Below, piece after piece: positions 14,367 through 31,906 of a stretch of DNA of 64,000 nt. Every line of letters starts with the position of its first letter. Position 1 is the first letter of the stretch. Source of the DNA: the human T2T-CHM13v2.0 reference genome, Homo sapiens. The position numbers were made by a program, and so were the translations under genes. The stretch lies in NCBI RefSeq assembly GCF_009914755.1, contig NC_060925.1. One strand, given 5' to 3'. Under the pieces are notes generated by a model. That model saw only the letters and a list, made by a program, of their open reading frames with translations. It had not been told where the DNA came from and made no database searches.

Positions 14367-17300
14367 GTGAAACACAAACCAAGAGAATGTGTTCACTTTA
14401 CATTTGCATGGCACTTTACAGTTTACATAGTGAGTTCACATACTCATTCACTTATTCTTTCATTCATTCAGTAAGCATTTCTCGAATACCTACTATATGC
14501 TGGGCACAATGCATATGGTTTCTGCTTCTGAAGACTTACTTCTGAGGCTAGTGAGGGGACAGAGACAGGTCCCCCAACAGTTGGAAATGCCTGTGGGACT
14601 TCCAGATGAGGATGTAGAGGTCTAGAGATGATCTAGCGCCACTGCTTAGGGCAGGCGGGCTGTGCACTGCACAACTAAGGAAGAGTGTGACTTTTACGAT
14701 CCCCATTTGCCAGTTGAAGAAATTGAGGCTTGGGAAGGTTAAATACTTGCTCAGAGTCAAGTGGATATAGGGCATAGATCCAGGACTGTGTGTAGTCTGT
14801 GCATGTTGAGCCTACCCCTTATGGCTGCGCTCTCTGCCTCCTTCCTACCTTCTCAAATGCTGCTGAGGTCAGGCAAGGGGAGCACAGTTGTTTCCGCTGG
14901 ATTTGAACACTAGCAAGTCATTGGTGAGTTTAGCAGAGCAATTTCAATGGAAAGGTGAGAGTAGAAGCCAGATTGTTGTAGACTCCAGAGTAAAGGAACT
15001 GGAAATTAAGAACATGATCAACTTATTTAAGAAGGACCCCCGGGAAGAGAGGAGAACTGATAGGTAGAGTAGGACCTGGACTTTGAGAGCCTGTGTTTTT
15101 TTCATATGAGAACAACTTGAATGTGTCATATGTTGAATCACCAGGAAGAAGGGATTAAAGATAAAGGCAGGGAGGGGGCAGTGAAACAGGATCCCTGAGG
15201 AAGTGAGAATACGGGTTGTGGGCAGGGGAGGGGAGCAGGTTAGCCTTGCAGCAGGAGGAGCTGCTCTTCCTCGGAGAGAGGATTTCACAACACTGGCAAG
15301 AGTGGCTCCAGTGCCTGGAGCGGGGATTAAAGCAGTAAGTCCAGTGGGGTCCAAGGGCCATGCAGGGGTACAGTGAGGAGAAAGCAGGTGTGATCCGGGT
15401 GGCACATCAGATCCTTCCAGCAACCAGTCTGTTAGGAGCAAGGGCAGATGTTGTGAGCCCCTATGTTTCCCCCAAGAAAATCAAACCTCTGAGAGGTTTC
15501 TCACTTGCTTATCTTCAGCTGGCTGAACTCAGCCTCAAACCCATATGTCCTGTCTCCAAGTTCAGTGACTGTTATCATCAACTTCTTCAACAGTAATAAT
15601 AATAGATCACATTTATGGAGTGCTTGCCAGGGCATGTTTACATCATTATCTCATTTAACACTCAGAACAATCCTCTGTGGTGGGTGTTTTCATCGTTCCC
15701 ATTTTGCAGGTGAAAAAACTGAGACTTCAAAAGGTTAAGTGACTTCCCAGGGTCCTACGACCTACATAATAAGTGGCAGAGCCAGGATTCAAACCTAGGT
15801 TATCAGAATAATGCAGCAAAGCCCAAACCCTCAGCCCCTTTTCACTGACTGGTAAGACCCATATTTAATTCGATGCCCTACATGCCGTGCACAAGTTTCA
15901 GTTTTCTGAAGCATCGCTTAGATGCTTAGGTGTTTAGCACCACTCTGAACTCTGACTTTTCTAGAGAGGCTGCTAAAGGCATTAGAAAGTTTCTGAAGTA
16001 TAATGGAAAAACCCTGCTGGAGTAAGTGCCTGGCACACTCAGGATTATCAGTGTGATTCTTTATAATAAACAGGCTCCCAGCACCAAGCCCAATCTATTC
16101 CATCAGCTGGATAAGAGCTCTCTGGCAGGCCTTGGGCCAAGCTGGCTTCCTTTGCCTCAGCAGAAGAGCATTCTGATTCTCTCTGCCATCCCCAAAACTG
16201 ACAGGAGCAGAGAGAAACAAGGCAGAGGCATGAAGGGAATGTCCTCTGCGGCAGATGGTGCTTCCGGAAGAGCTCCCACAATCTGAGCTAGAATGAACAG
16301 GGGCTAGATCCAAGTCTCATATAGGCATACTTCTGCTTGACAGAGTGGGCATGCCGAGGGCCGTTGGGTGGAGGCAGGCGTGTGCAACCCAAGCAGACAT
16401 GAGACGCAGCTCCTTCAAGGCAAGGTTGCCTGAGCCCAGAGAGGCTCAAATTTGTGCCCCAACTTCCTCTGTGGCTTTTGGGTGGGGCTCTTCAGAATCG
16501 AAACACACTCAGAGGGCTGCTGAAAGGGCTAAGAAGTGTTCAAGGTTGGCTTCCATCAGGCTGCTCATGACAATGGCCCCTGAGGTTTTAACACCCTTGA
16601 ACGCTTGGTACTAAATCAATTAGAGGCAGGGCAGGAGCAGAAAGAGTTGGCGCATTTGATCAGTAAGTTCCAATGCCAGTGCTGTCTATTATCTGTGAAC
16701 TGTGTTAACTTTGGACACGTCACTTCACCTTTTTGAGCTGTTTCCTCGTCTGTAAAAGGGGGATAATACCCATTCCATGAGGTAAAGCTTTGAGCACAGT
16801 CTCTGATGTAAGCAGGTACAGAATATATAGATGCTGTAAGTTTCATGGTCCCATGGAAGAATTCAAAAGGGTTAGATCCCGCCTGCCCTCAAAAGGGTAT
16901 GTGTTAGGAAATCAGAGTAATACCTAAGTAGTAAATTGCAGAGTCCAGAGACTCTGGGACTCAGACTTGAAGGGATGAGTGAGGATTGGACTAGGACGAC
17001 TTCACGGAGGAGGTGACAATGAGCCTCAAGGTATGATGCAATATGGAAAAGGAGGGAAGAGAGTGGGAAAGGAAGGAATTTCATGCAAGCAAAACAACTT
17101 GCATGCAGTAACAGAGGAGAGAGGATGCTAACCCAGTGGATAGGGTGGCTCTAGAGTGTGGATGGTCTCCACGTCTGGCAGAAAAGGCTGGACTTGCTGC
17201 TGTGGCCCCCGGGACACAGCACAATGAAGGAGGCTCCAGGCAGTCCAGAGTGTGCAGGGTCCAATGCCTGCCCTTCTCAGACAGGACCACCCATCCACCC

Positions 17301-17487
17301 ATCAGGGCCCAGGGAGCAGGGGTCAGAAGGACCTCATGACACAGAGTTCTGACTGTGATGACACACTTTCCCCAGAGGGGAGGGGAAGGGGAGAAGGGGT
17401 TAGAAGACCCCACTGAGAATGGAGGCATCCTAGCTGCAGAAGCACCTGGCTGGTAGGCTAACAGCACTTTGTGGGTCTCGTTCCCAG

Positions 17488-17557
17488 GAGATCTGCGCTG
17501 ACCCCCAGTTTATCATTGGAGGAGCCACCCGCACAGACATCTGCCAAGGAGCCCTAG
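17488..17557 (+). CDS. CAPN2: CAPN2 exon 2 (70 nt)
   Basis: ttcccag|GAGATCTGC...GCCCTAG|gtaagt; [23 protein letters not shown](G); phase 0 to 1. Confidence 0.99.
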
Positions 17558-18982
17558 GTAAGTGATAGATTCAGAGCAAGCTGGGGGATCTTGTCTGTAA
17601 GGCTGTGGGTGGAAGAGATGAGGGACAACCTGTGGCTTCTCTCCCTTCCCAAGCAGCTTGGCAATTTCTATTTGCAGAGAAGCTCCATGGAATTTCTTGG
17701 CCCTAGCGGGCAATGATTCTACCCTCAGCCCCATGCTGGGGCACACAAATGAGGCCTCCTGTGTCCCCTGCACAGGGCTAGTTGCTGAGGTTACAGAGAT
17801 GCTGCCACTAGGAGGACCAGGGGGCTTCTGGATGTCAGCCACCCCTTGGTATGCACCTCCTGGAGCCAGCATTACCAGTGGTTCACGAAATACACTCTGG
17901 GCAGAGGACTAGGTGGGAGGACTCCCCCAGACCAATGACAGCACTGAGACATCAGTTCTGTGAGGTTCAGGAACCAGGGAAGGTGACTCAGTGTAAAGAA
18001 AGAGGAAACTCTAATGCTCGCTGCTGAAGGAAGTTATAGTACCAGGGCATTCTCAGTGTTTGCAAGACAAGCTCACCATGGTATCACAGTTGTAACGCTC
18101 ATTTAAGTAAAATGAACTGGAGTAGCTGAATTGTCCAAAACCTTGCTTTCTGGAGCCGAGTTCAGATTTGTTTCTGGAGATAGTCCTTGTTGAAGGTTTC
18201 AACCCACAGGGTTCTCCACCTTTAGTATGAAAATTCCCAAAGCTTCTAGGAAGTCCCAGCAATGGGGCCTGGCGCTGTTATCTAAGATTCTCATAGAATC
18301 TGCCCTCAATGTTCTTTTACTCATAATAAATGTGGGCCTATAATTACTAGAGCAGATTATTTGCTCTGATAAACCAAAAATCTATTTTCTGCCATCAGCC
18401 TCAGCTGGCTGGCTCCCCAGACAAGTTCATCAGTAGCAAAATCAGTCAACTAGAGTTGTACCTCCTGTCCTCACCCACCTAGCAGAGGTTCTGTTACTCA
18501 TATACTCCTAATACCAGCTGATAACAGCTAATATGTATCTCTAAGGCACCGTGATTATTCCCATTTTATAGATGAGGATGCAGAGGTCTTCCTACAGCTA
18601 AAGTGGTGGCTGGTACCCCTGACCCCAGGGTATGTTTAATTCCTGAGCTAGACTCCCTAAGACGGGACCTGGAAAATTTTCTAGCCCTGAGGAATGTCAG
18701 AGCATCATGTGAATCATTAGGACAGACAGACTGTGAGGAAGAACATGAGCTGGGCGGGAAAGTTTGTCTGAGCTCAGGCTCTGCAGATTCCTGAGATGCC
18801 AGAGCACATTCTTACCTGCAGAAAACACTCCTTTCATTTCTTTTCTTCTCACCCCACAAAAGACAGAAGATAGAGGTCCTTGAGCACCCAAGGCGGATCC
18901 TCCAGGAAAATCTATTCATTAGAGAAAATGGAATTGATGGAAACTTTGACCAACCCCGGGGGCTTTAGAGAATCCAGAAACA

Positions 18983-19306
<324 letters not shown>

Positions 19307-19523
19307 CTAACATCTGCTTCAGAGTTTAACAACACCTTAAGTGCCAAAGTGTAAGCAACAAATACATGATTTAAGTCCTGTGTAAATACCACTGGGCCAA
19401 TTGGAGAGGAGATAGCAAAGGTTAACATTCCTGGGAGAAATTTCCCTCCCAGGGGAATTATAAACCAGGTGAAATGTAAACCTTTTAAAAATTTCTTAGT
19501 AGCTAGTCTGTAATTTCTCAGGG

Positions 19524-19524
19524 G

Positions 19525-19562
<38 letters not shown>

Positions 19563-19572
19563 CACGCGTATA
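19524..19572. repeat. (GT)n(GC)n alternating purine-pyrimidine tract
   Basis: 49 bp of uninterrupted R/Y alternation. Confidence 0.95.
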
Positions 19573-20039
19573 ATGCAGTATTGGTCATTTTGTTCTTTCA
19601 GCCTTTTATTTTGGAGGACTCTAGTTAGATCACAATCTGTGAAATGTGGTATACTGTACTCTCACCCTGATTCTGGCACCTGGCCAGCGGGTGCTGATGG
19701 GGCCTTGACCTTCACCAAATCCCAACAGCCTCACAAGCACCAGGAACAGAGGCCATGGCAGTGACACTCTGTGACATGGCCAGAGATATGAGCCTAGACT
19801 CAGCTCTGTTGGTAGTCCGAAGACTGGGCAAGTAATTACCTGGAACTTCCATCTGGAACCTCCGTCTCTTCCAAAAACGGAGAAGGAAGGAGGGTAAATG
19901 GAGTGACCTCAGACACCCCCTATGAGTTTGTATTCAGCTATTCTAAAGCCATTCCCGGGTTTCTAACCAGCTACTCCTCATTCCTTGTGCTAGAGGGTTA
20001 GAGCACTACAAGATCATCCTTATTTTCTCTCTTTCTCTC

Positions 20040-20372
<333 letters not shown>

Positions 20373-21984
20373 TAATAACAGTACCCATCACCTGCATAAC
20401 AGTATGCAATTCATAGAGCATTTTTTCACTACAGTATTTCATGTACTCATCCCAAATCTAAAGTAAATATTCTCACCTCACTGTACAGATAAAAAAAAAC
20501 TGAGCCACAGAGACGGGAGAGTAAGTGTAAAGCCACACAGCTAGTAATTGCCAAAGGATTGAACCCTGGTCTGATTTTGAATCCTACACTCTTCCTAACC
20601 CATGCTCCCTCCAATTTGCCATAGTGCTGTGCTGAGGAACCATTCTCAGCAAAATTCATCTTCTCTACCTGCGCTTTCTACCCTGAGCCTTACTCAGTTC
20701 CCCCAGGGAACTTGGGCAGGTGACATTCTTAGACTTGTGCACTTTGCAACGCCCTGCCCTGTTTACTGTGCTGCCCAGCAATGTTTAATCCACAAACACC
20801 CACGCTCCTTCCCAGAAGGCTCAGCTTCCAAGCTTCACCAAAGTCATTTAAACCATGTTTACAGAGCTGCTCTCACCAAGAGCCATCTCCATTGCAGAAT
20901 ATAGTTGTGTAAGAATTGATTCAGCAGAGAAAAATCTGCCCTTCTGGAGGAAGGGCTGGAGACCCAGCTGGAGCCTCCACTGGCTGACCCTGCAGCTAAA
21001 TATGGCTCTGAAATCGTGGGGTAATAACCACATTCTTACAGGTGCTTGCCACTTGAAATGGCTCCCAAGGACCCAGGAAACTCCAAGGCTGAGCTGCTCC
21101 TACCTCTGATGCTTTACTTTGCACTGGGTCACCACTGAGCTTTCCCCACAGCCTCACAGCTCACGGATGAAGGCAGCTACCCCAGCCAGGAAGGCATAGG
21201 TCACCTTGCAGGCCTCTGATTTCCTGGGGTAGAGCCCAAGGCTGCCAAGGCTGTTGAAACAGCACACCCCCATTTCATTGTAACCCAGCAAATGTTCCCT
21301 GGGCCCCTCAGAGGTGGGTCAACCTGCCTCCTTCTCAAGATGTCACATGGACCCCCAGAGCACCCACTGGGAGGTGTTTAGCTACAGGGTGCCCCACCCC
21401 ACAGCCTAGCTCAGCAGAGAGTGGGGAAGGGACAAGACCAATGGGAAAGGCAAGCCAGATGGGGAATTTTCCAGTCCTGTTCCTTCTACCACTCATTAGC
21501 CACTTATTTGGACCCAACCCCTCTGAGCCTCAGTTTCTTCTTCTGTGAAATGGGAATAATGATAAGGATCCCTTCCCAGGGCTGTGGAGAAAAGTGAGAT
21601 TTATACAGGCAAACACACTTGGCACACTATAGAATCCCAGACAAATTCAAGGGACCAGGATTATCATTACTGATTCCAGTTATGTGAAAAGTCCTTTTGC
21701 CAAATTGCCGAAGAAAAAGAGGATGGTGGAGGAAGAGAAAAGGAGGAGAAGAAAATAAGTTGGGTTGGAAACCAGATCCTTGTCCTTGAAAATTTCATAA
21801 TCTAAGGGTGGAAATGCCAAAACGAGGAGAGACAAACTTGTGGCCTGTGTTTGGGTAACACACAGATTGAAACTCAGAAGGAGAAACATATGGGGAGAAA
21901 ATGAACACAAAGGGGTCAGATGTGCATTCCTCAATTTTAAAAATTGAATATTTAAGTGTTTTAAATAATTTTTATTTCTTTTCC

Positions 21985-22312
21985 TTTCTTTCTTTTTCTT
22001 TCTTTCTTTTTTTTTTTTTTTTTTTTTTTGAGACAGGGTCTTGCTCTGTTGCCCAGACTAGAGTGCAGTAACAAAACCATAGCTCACTGCAGCCTCGACC
22101 TCCTGGGCTCAAGCAATCCTCCCACCTCAGCCTTCCAAGTAGCCAGGACTACAGGCACGCACCACCTCACCTGGCTAATTTTTGTGTGTGTCTGTGTGGA
22201 GATGGGGTCTCACTGTGTTGCCCAGGCTGGTCTCAAGTTCCTGGGCTCAAGCAATCCTTCTGCCTTATCCTCCCAAGTGCTGGGATTACAGGTGCGAGTC
22301 ACCACACCTGGC
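21985..22312 (-). mobile_element. AluJ-like element
   Basis: Poly(T) then antisense Alu. Confidence 0.95.
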
Positions 22313-22383
22313 AAATAATTTTTAAATTATAAATTTAAAAATGCATTTTTATAATAGGTACCTTTAAAAATGTTAATAGACTT

Positions 22384-22764
22384 TTTTTTAAGAACAGTGT
22401 TAGGTTTATAGAAAAGCTGAGATGATAATACAGGAAGTTCCAGATACCTCATACCCAGTTTCCCCTATTATTAACATGTTACATCAGTGTGGTACACGTG
22501 TTATAATGAATCAGCATTGATGCAGTATTATTAAAGTCCATGCTTTATGCAGATTCTCTTAGTTTTCCCCTAAGGTTCTTTCTCTATTCCGGGATCCCAT
22601 CCAGGACCCCACGTTTCATTTAGTTGCCAAGTCTCCTTCGGCTCCTCTGGGCTGTGACAGTCTCTCAAGTCTTTCCTTAATTTTGATGACCTTGACAGTT
22701 TTGGGGAATATTGATCAGAGATTTTGTAAGATGCCTGTCTATTGGAATTTGTGGTGCCTTTTTA
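22384..22764 (-). mobile_element. Old L1M 3'-end fragment
   Basis: Resembles L1MC/MD 3' UTR (ggatcccatccaggacc...ttgatgaccttgacagttttg). Confidence 0.65.
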
Positions 22765-22769
22765 ATAAG

Positions 22770-23068
22770 TATGCAGTGGCTCACACCTGTAATCCCAGCA
22801 CTTTGGGAGGCTGGGGCCAGAGGATCGCTTGAACCCGAGTTTGGGACCAGCTTGGGCAACATAGCAAAACTCTGTCTCTACAAAAAAATTACCTGGGCTT
22901 GGTGGCACATGCCTGTCGTCCCAGCTACTCGGGAGGCTGAAGCAGGAGGATCACTTGAGCCCAGGAGGTAGAAGCTGCTGTGAGCCGTGCACTCCAGCCT
23001 GGTTCTGGAGCCACTGCACTCCAGCCTGGGCAACAGAGGGAAAACTTATCTCAAAAAGTAAATAAATA
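22770..23068 (+). mobile_element. AluJ-like element with internal duplication of gcactccagcctgg
   Basis: Alu consensus; duplicated motif near 22989-23030. Confidence 0.93.
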
Positions 23069-24117
23069 AGTACCCATGTAGTTAAAATGTTTAAAGACTA
23101 GCAAATAGATGTTGGCTGGTTTGATGGAGAAAGTAAATCCATTCTTTTTCTTAAAAATGATCTCTTCACCACCAGTCCCAGCACCCCCCTTACCAGCCTC
23201 CCAGGGCACTGTCCATGGCTACATTGTCCATGGGCCATCATGTCCCCTCGGCTTCTCTTCTGGTTGTAAATGCTCTTGCACTTTTCTCCCTTGTGGCTGC
23301 CGTCCACACTCCCAGCTGCCTTCCCTCTGCACTTAAGATCTAAGATCTTAGAGACGAGATGAGACATCTCTTGCCTTCGTGCATCTAAGACAGCTCATCA
23401 ACAGGTCCAGGTGAACTGCTAACACTGCTGTGTTGCTTGGAGGCCCCTGTCCCACCCTGGCTGCCTCAGCTTTGGCCATGGTACCCACGGTCTCCAGCTA
23501 CATCAGATGCCTGAAGAACAAATCTCTCCTTAGCTCTCCCTGCCCCCTCTCCAGGAATAGGAGCAGTGGGACCCCCTTCAAGAATCCCCCATTTCCCATA
23601 TACTTTCCTGCAAAGCCACAGGGCGTGCAAAGTGGGATTCCAGGGCTCCAGCCTGCTCCCCATGGGCCTCTGGATCCAGGGGTGACTCTTTGCCTGTTTG
23701 GGTGCCTCTTTAGATTTTCCACCAGCTTCCTGTGGCCAGGAGCCAGACCACGCCCCTATACGGCCATAGTTGTCTTATCTTGTCTCTGAGATTAGAAGGT
23801 TGGAACAGATTTTCCTGATGCCCCACTACTTCTGACATTCTGTGACTTTAGAATGTTACCTTCCTCGACAGCCCCCTGCACCCTCACACATCTGGCTTTA
23901 GCTGGACTGGTGTTTGTGAGGAATTATATCTCCACCTTGTTCAGCACCAGTCCCCAAGAAGACCAGCCAAGGGACACTCATCTGGGGATTTGAGAAATGA
24001 AGGACCGTGGGTTCCATGAGGTCTGTTGGGGTCCTGGCTAGCAACACTGTCTGGATGATTGAGCCCCAGGAGGAGGTGGCCTGGCCAGCAGGTGTGCAGT
24101 GAGGCCACTTCTAGACC

Positions 24118-24314
24118 ACCCCTGTCCCATAGAGCTTCTAGTGATGATGGAAACCGTGTATATCTGCACTGCTCCAAACAGCAGCACTAGCCCTGTGTGG
24201 CTGTGGAGCACTTGAAATATGACTCATGCAACTGAGAAACTGAATTTGTAATTTTATTTAATTTAAATGTAAATAGCCACATGTTCCTTGTGGCTGCTGC
24301 ACTGCACAGCAGCA
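24118..24314. mobile_element. MER3 (hAT-Charlie)
   Basis: gatgatggaaa...tgtggctgtggagcacttgaaat...aatagccacatg typical of MER3. Confidence 0.7.
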
Positions 24315-24410
24315 GACTGTTGCGCTCTGGAATCCAGCCTCTCAGCCTTTACTCTCCAAAGCGGGATAGTATTCACATCAGAGCCAAACAATGCACAGAC
24401 GTCAATAAAC

Positions 24411-25104
<694 letters not shown>

Positions 25105-27006
25105 TCAAAAAAAAAAAAATTGTGTCTACCTCAGAGGACTGTAAAGATGAAATGAAATAATAGACATATAAAGCTCAGAGCTCCAGAGGCTGGTACATAG
25201 TAAAGGTTTAATCCATGCAGATTGCACGTTCTCTTTGGGGACAGTACAGCTGGAGGGGAGTACTGTCAAATGAGGTCGCGTCGCTGAGGTGGAGACACAT
25301 TGTGGCACATCTTGAATACCCGACTGGGTCCCAGCTTTAGCACTTGACATTGGCGGCCACCTAAGTTTTGGAGAGGGGTATGACAGAGGAGGTGGTGTCC
25401 CAGGGGGAAGGTCCGGAAACTCAGAGGAGTTTCCTGCTGTAATTTTCTTTGGTCACACAATGGTCATGGCCTCCTGATGTTTCCCACAAAGGGCCAGAGG
25501 CCCTTCAGTGCCAAGGAACGTGGACTCTCTCCTATCCCAGCACATACACGTGCTTCCAGTACCTTGTGATCTCTAGCCATAAGTTTCCACTCACCCATCT
25601 GCGAAATGGGAACAATGACGATGTTTGCGTCCTTTCTTTTTCTTTTCCTACAATGCAGGGAACTTTAAGACTATGTGACAGAAAGGTGCCACTGGAACCC
25701 AGGGCCTCGTGGGTTTCCTCCGTCTCTCGGGAGACCAGGATCCGAGTGAGAAAGTTTCCCACGTTCATTCTTGTTGGGCCCATTCTCAGGATGATGTTTC
25801 TCCTGTATTTTGCTACCCCAGCCCAAGCAAGACTTTAGTAGTTCAGCTTTGTGAATCCCCTCAGGAAGTCAGGAAAATAGACACTGTCTTTGGGCTTCCT
25901 CCAGGAGCTAAGAAAGGAGAGTTCCTGAAGAGCAGGAATTTAAGACAGGAATTGGCAGCCGAGGGCAAGGTTCCACCTCCTCCTCCCTTCTTCTGTGGGG
26001 TCTGTGATGAGAGCAGGGATGGGGAGGAAGAGGGTGGGTTTGCCTGCGCCTGGGGGGAGGGCAGCCATCAGGAAGGAGCAGCCACCTCTGCTGGGGTACT
26101 GGAGATAAAAACTCTGATATTGACTAGTGACCGTGGGGGCGATGGCCCAGGAGGGTCAGGGCTGCAGGGAACAGGGACACAAAAACGACAAAACATGCAA
26201 CAGGTTATGTCCTTCTGGTCCAGGGCACGGCTGAGACAGGCAAGGGACTAGAGAGAGGAAGAGTGAATGTCAAGCCCCAGCACCCTCGCCTCCCTCCCAT
26301 CCTCCCTTTTAGGGCCTCCCTTCTGGCAGATAGGGCAGGGAGAAGGGAAAGGAAAGGCCTGGGACACGTGGTTTGGATCACTGGCTGTGGCTCACAGTTC
26401 TGATGTGTGTGCAGTTTAGGGAAGGAGGCTGAAGACTTCTTGTTAATAAGGGTGGGGCATGAGTAAAATGGAGGATTTGCCCCCTCCCCTCCCAGCCCCT
26501 GATACAAATGAAGGATGATTGTACATGCATGGGGAATTCCACTTTGGGGGTATCCTTTTCTGGGCTGCTGCCAGACTCTGAAATGAGTAACAAAGGGATG
26601 GCCCAGGGTGACTCATCAGCTACCCTCTCGCAGGCCTAGCACGCTGGCGGGGTGTGCATTTCCTCTAGAGAAGCCCCTCCCTGCCAGTTTCAGAGGGATG
26701 GCCCTGAATTGGCTTTTCAGAGGTTCCTTCTCCTCCCTTCCAAAGCGAAGACCCACAGCTGCCTGAAAATGTGGCTCTCCGCCTTCTTGGGCTGCCTAGG
26801 ACCTTGAGAGATGTGTCTCTCTGGGACAGGGTGTCAGGTCTGCTGGAGATTGTTAAAATGCTGTTGTCTCAGGAGGGTGAAATTTAGCCAGGAGCAGTCT
26901 TCAGTAGCTTGGTCTGTTTATCGTGTATCTAGCTGTCAGCATGCAAAACAAAAGAACAAAAGGTCTAAAGAAATATAACGCAAAACAGGTACGATTTGAG
27001 ATCCAT

Positions 27007-27215
27007 CAGGGTTTCTCAACCTTGGCACAACTGACTGGATAATTGTTCATTGTAGGGGGCTGTCCTGTGAATTATAGGATGTTTAGCTGCATCCTTGGCC
27101 TCTACCCACACACCCCCGTGTGCCACTCAAAAATGTCTGCAGACCTTGCCAAATGTCCCCTGGGGGCTTGGCGGAGTTGGGGGGCGCATGGAATGCCCCC
27201 AGTTGAGAACCACTG
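27007..27215 (+). mobile_element. MER20 (hAT-Charlie)
   Basis: Termini cagggtttctcaacc ... gttgagaaccactg. Confidence 0.8.
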
Positions 27216-27854
27216 GCAGAGCAGGAGTGAAGGGGGAGGTACTGTGGGGGTCACTGGGCACACAGAATGCCATTTGGGGAGCCTGGTGCAAGGGAGTGGC
27301 CGGATGGGAGGTAGGAATAGCAGTGGTAATCAGTAGGTGAGTTGCTGAAGACAAACTAAATATTCTTTCCAGCATTGCTTCAATCTAATCCAGCCGCAAG
27401 TATGAGTAAATACTGTAGGAAAGGAGAAAACATTGCATGTACGGGGTCAGGGCAGCATTGCTGGGATATTTGAGCCTGTGGGAGGGGAGCTTCAAGCTTC
27501 CCACTAGCATTGGGAGGAACACAGCAAAGGAGGAGAAGGGCCCTCCCTGCTTCTTGGAGAATGGTTCCACTGGCAGGCCATTCCGTCTGCTCAGCTTCCT
27601 AGCTCAGGTGCCTTTCCAAACCACACATCAGCAGGGAGACAGTGGGAACATCTCAGGTCCAGGGTACCTTGGGAACTGCAGAGCAGCTGGGTGGCCTGAC
27701 ACTGGCATTTCTCAGTGTTGGCTCCATTCTCTTGCTGGCACCCCCAGGTGGGAGACTCTGTTAGCAGGTGTATCTTACTATCCCTGGCTCCCTGGTATGC
27801 GTTACAGTTCAGACTCCCAAGCACAAGCTCCCTGTTTTGTCACACCTGTATCTA

Positions 27855-28360
27855 GTGTGTAACAATCCACCCCAAAACAAATGGCTTGAAACACAAGGCA
27901 TTTTGTTCTCTCTCATGGTTCTGAAGGATGACGGGGCTGAGCTGGGCAACTCTCTCCCGCTCTCTCAAGTGGTTGCAATCAGATGGGGATGGGGACAGAG
28001 TCATCTGTAGGCCCCCTCAACCACATGTCTGGTGCCCGGGCTGAAGGGTGGATCAGCAGGGGTCCAGGGATCTCTGTCTCTTTTGTGGTCTCCCCATCAC
28101 AGGGACTTGAAGGTAGCTGAACATCTTACAGCAGCTCATGTCCCAAGAGAAAGACCTGGGAGCTGTCTCATCTTTACGACCTAGGCTTGGAAGTCACATA
28201 GCATCACTTCTGCCATATCCTATTCATTGAGATCAATGAAGGCTCACCCAGGATCAAAGAGAAGGGACATGGAGCCCACTTCTAGATGGAGAGTGGCAGG
28301 GTTCTGGAAGAACATGTGAAACCAGAAACATTGTTGCCACCATTTTTGGAAGACACCACG
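27855..28360 (-). mobile_element. MLT1-family LTR (ERVL-MaLR)
   Basis: ccaccccaaaac...tggcttgaaaca...ggaagtcacatagcatcacttctgccatat motifs. Confidence 0.7.
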
Positions 28361-28851
28361 ATTCCTCCCCTTTGAATAATGGCCTTCTTGTCCTTTACCA
28401 GTAATAACCCAAGCTGCTTGGACATTAGCTCTTCATGGTTTGCGGGGTGGGGAGGATGTGTTTTCTGGGACTTCCCAAGGTACACAGTAGTGAAGGACTT
28501 CACAAGCTGGGCTGATGTGCCAGCTTCAGGACTCCACTCACCCCCAAGCGTTCTGAGATGCCCATGGGGCTCAGGAGCCCTGACTTGCACAAGCCAGCAA
28601 CTGCCTTTCTGCTTCCATTCAGCCAGCTTTACTGGGCATCTGTTATAGGAAGAGCAGTGGGCTGAGACTTCAGCAAAAAAGACAAAAGCAAAACACAATC
28701 CCTTCTCTATACAAGGTTCTTCCCTTTCTGTGTCCAACCAGTCCCTCCATTCTCGGTCCTTAACTCATCACCAAGCCGCCATTTTCTTCTATTCCCCCAT
28801 TACTCCAAGGCGGGCCTCAGTTCTCACCTGGAGTCTGGCTCAGGATGCCTA

Positions 28852-30655
<1,804 letters not shown>

Positions 30656-31906
30656 ATACTTGTATCTAATCCACTTTGGGCATTGCTGCCAGAAAACCTG
30701 TCCTCAGGGAGCTATGGAAGTAGTGGAGGCAAATTATTAAATGGATGGATTAATTCCAAGTTCAGATCATGTTGGGAGTCAGCTGGGAGTCAGTGTGAGG
30801 ATCTGGGAGGGGAACAGTAAGGGGTTAAGAGAGATACCCCAAAGGATGATTAAGGAGGGAGAGTTGGAAGGAAGGTTTCCCACAAAGAGGAAGCAGGGAG
30901 TGATTCATTCTGAAAAAGGCAAATATTTTATTATGCTTGGAGGGTCTGGTGCAGAAGGGGAAAGGAAGAGAAGGAAGTTTGGCTTAAATTCCCTTAGGAG
31001 CCAGTTCAGATTCCTAAGCTGGCCCGGACATCCAACCCAATCCGCCTAGCCCCAGCCCTCTCCAGTTCCCAATGCCCAGCCCCACAATGCCCGTCCTGCT
31101 GCCTGCCTGTTCTGGACTCTGCACTTGACCTTCCCTCTCCCTGAAAGTGCCCCTGCTCTTCCTCACCCAGCTCCCCGCTCTAAGCCTTCCTCGCCCACCC
31201 CAGCCCTCCTACAGTCCCAGTCTGCCCTGTTCAGACTCAAAGCCTCATGCTCACCACCATCATCCACAACCAGTTTCCACGTCTGTCTCCTGCCGGCTGT
31301 GAGCTCACTGCCTCAGAACCAGCGCCAGTCTCCTCTAGACTGAGTACAGGCCTGGCACGGAGCCAGGAATGCACCAACAAGGAGCCTGAGACTAGATTGG
31401 AGGGGAAAGAGACATGTCCTCCAGAGTTGACTTACGCGAGGACAGAGGTGTGCAGAGGCACGGCAAGCTGGGCCCCAGGCGAGAAGCATGGAGTGAGGGA
31501 TGTGGAGGCAGCGGAAGGCATCTGGGAGTCTGGGCTGCCCCGTAGCAGCTCTGTGTTCTGCCTGCTCTTCCTCCAAGATGAGCTCCCTTGGCCAGTGTGT
31601 GAAACGTGTGTGTGAGTGTGTCACCGGTAAGCTGAGTTCTTTCCCTACTTGGTATCAGTTGCAAAGAAAGAACACTCAGTTGGAAAAAAAGGCAAGAGGG
31701 TTTTATTCCTGACCAGGAGAAAGAGAAGGAGGGGGCTCTTGCTCTAAAGACACCTTCACCCCGAGCCATGGAAACTGGGGAGTTGTAAGGAGATAGGTGT
31801 GGGGCAGGGAGGTGTGTAAGCAGGTGCGGGGTCACGGTGTGGGGGTGGAGACCTCTAGACGCTCAGGCCCAGGTCATAAACATGCCTCTCCATACAATGC
31901 AAGATG

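Noticed and set aside
17485-17490. CAGGAG tandem (NAGNAG) acceptor at exon 2
   Set aside because: A distal GAG acceptor is rarely used; no evidence available from sequence
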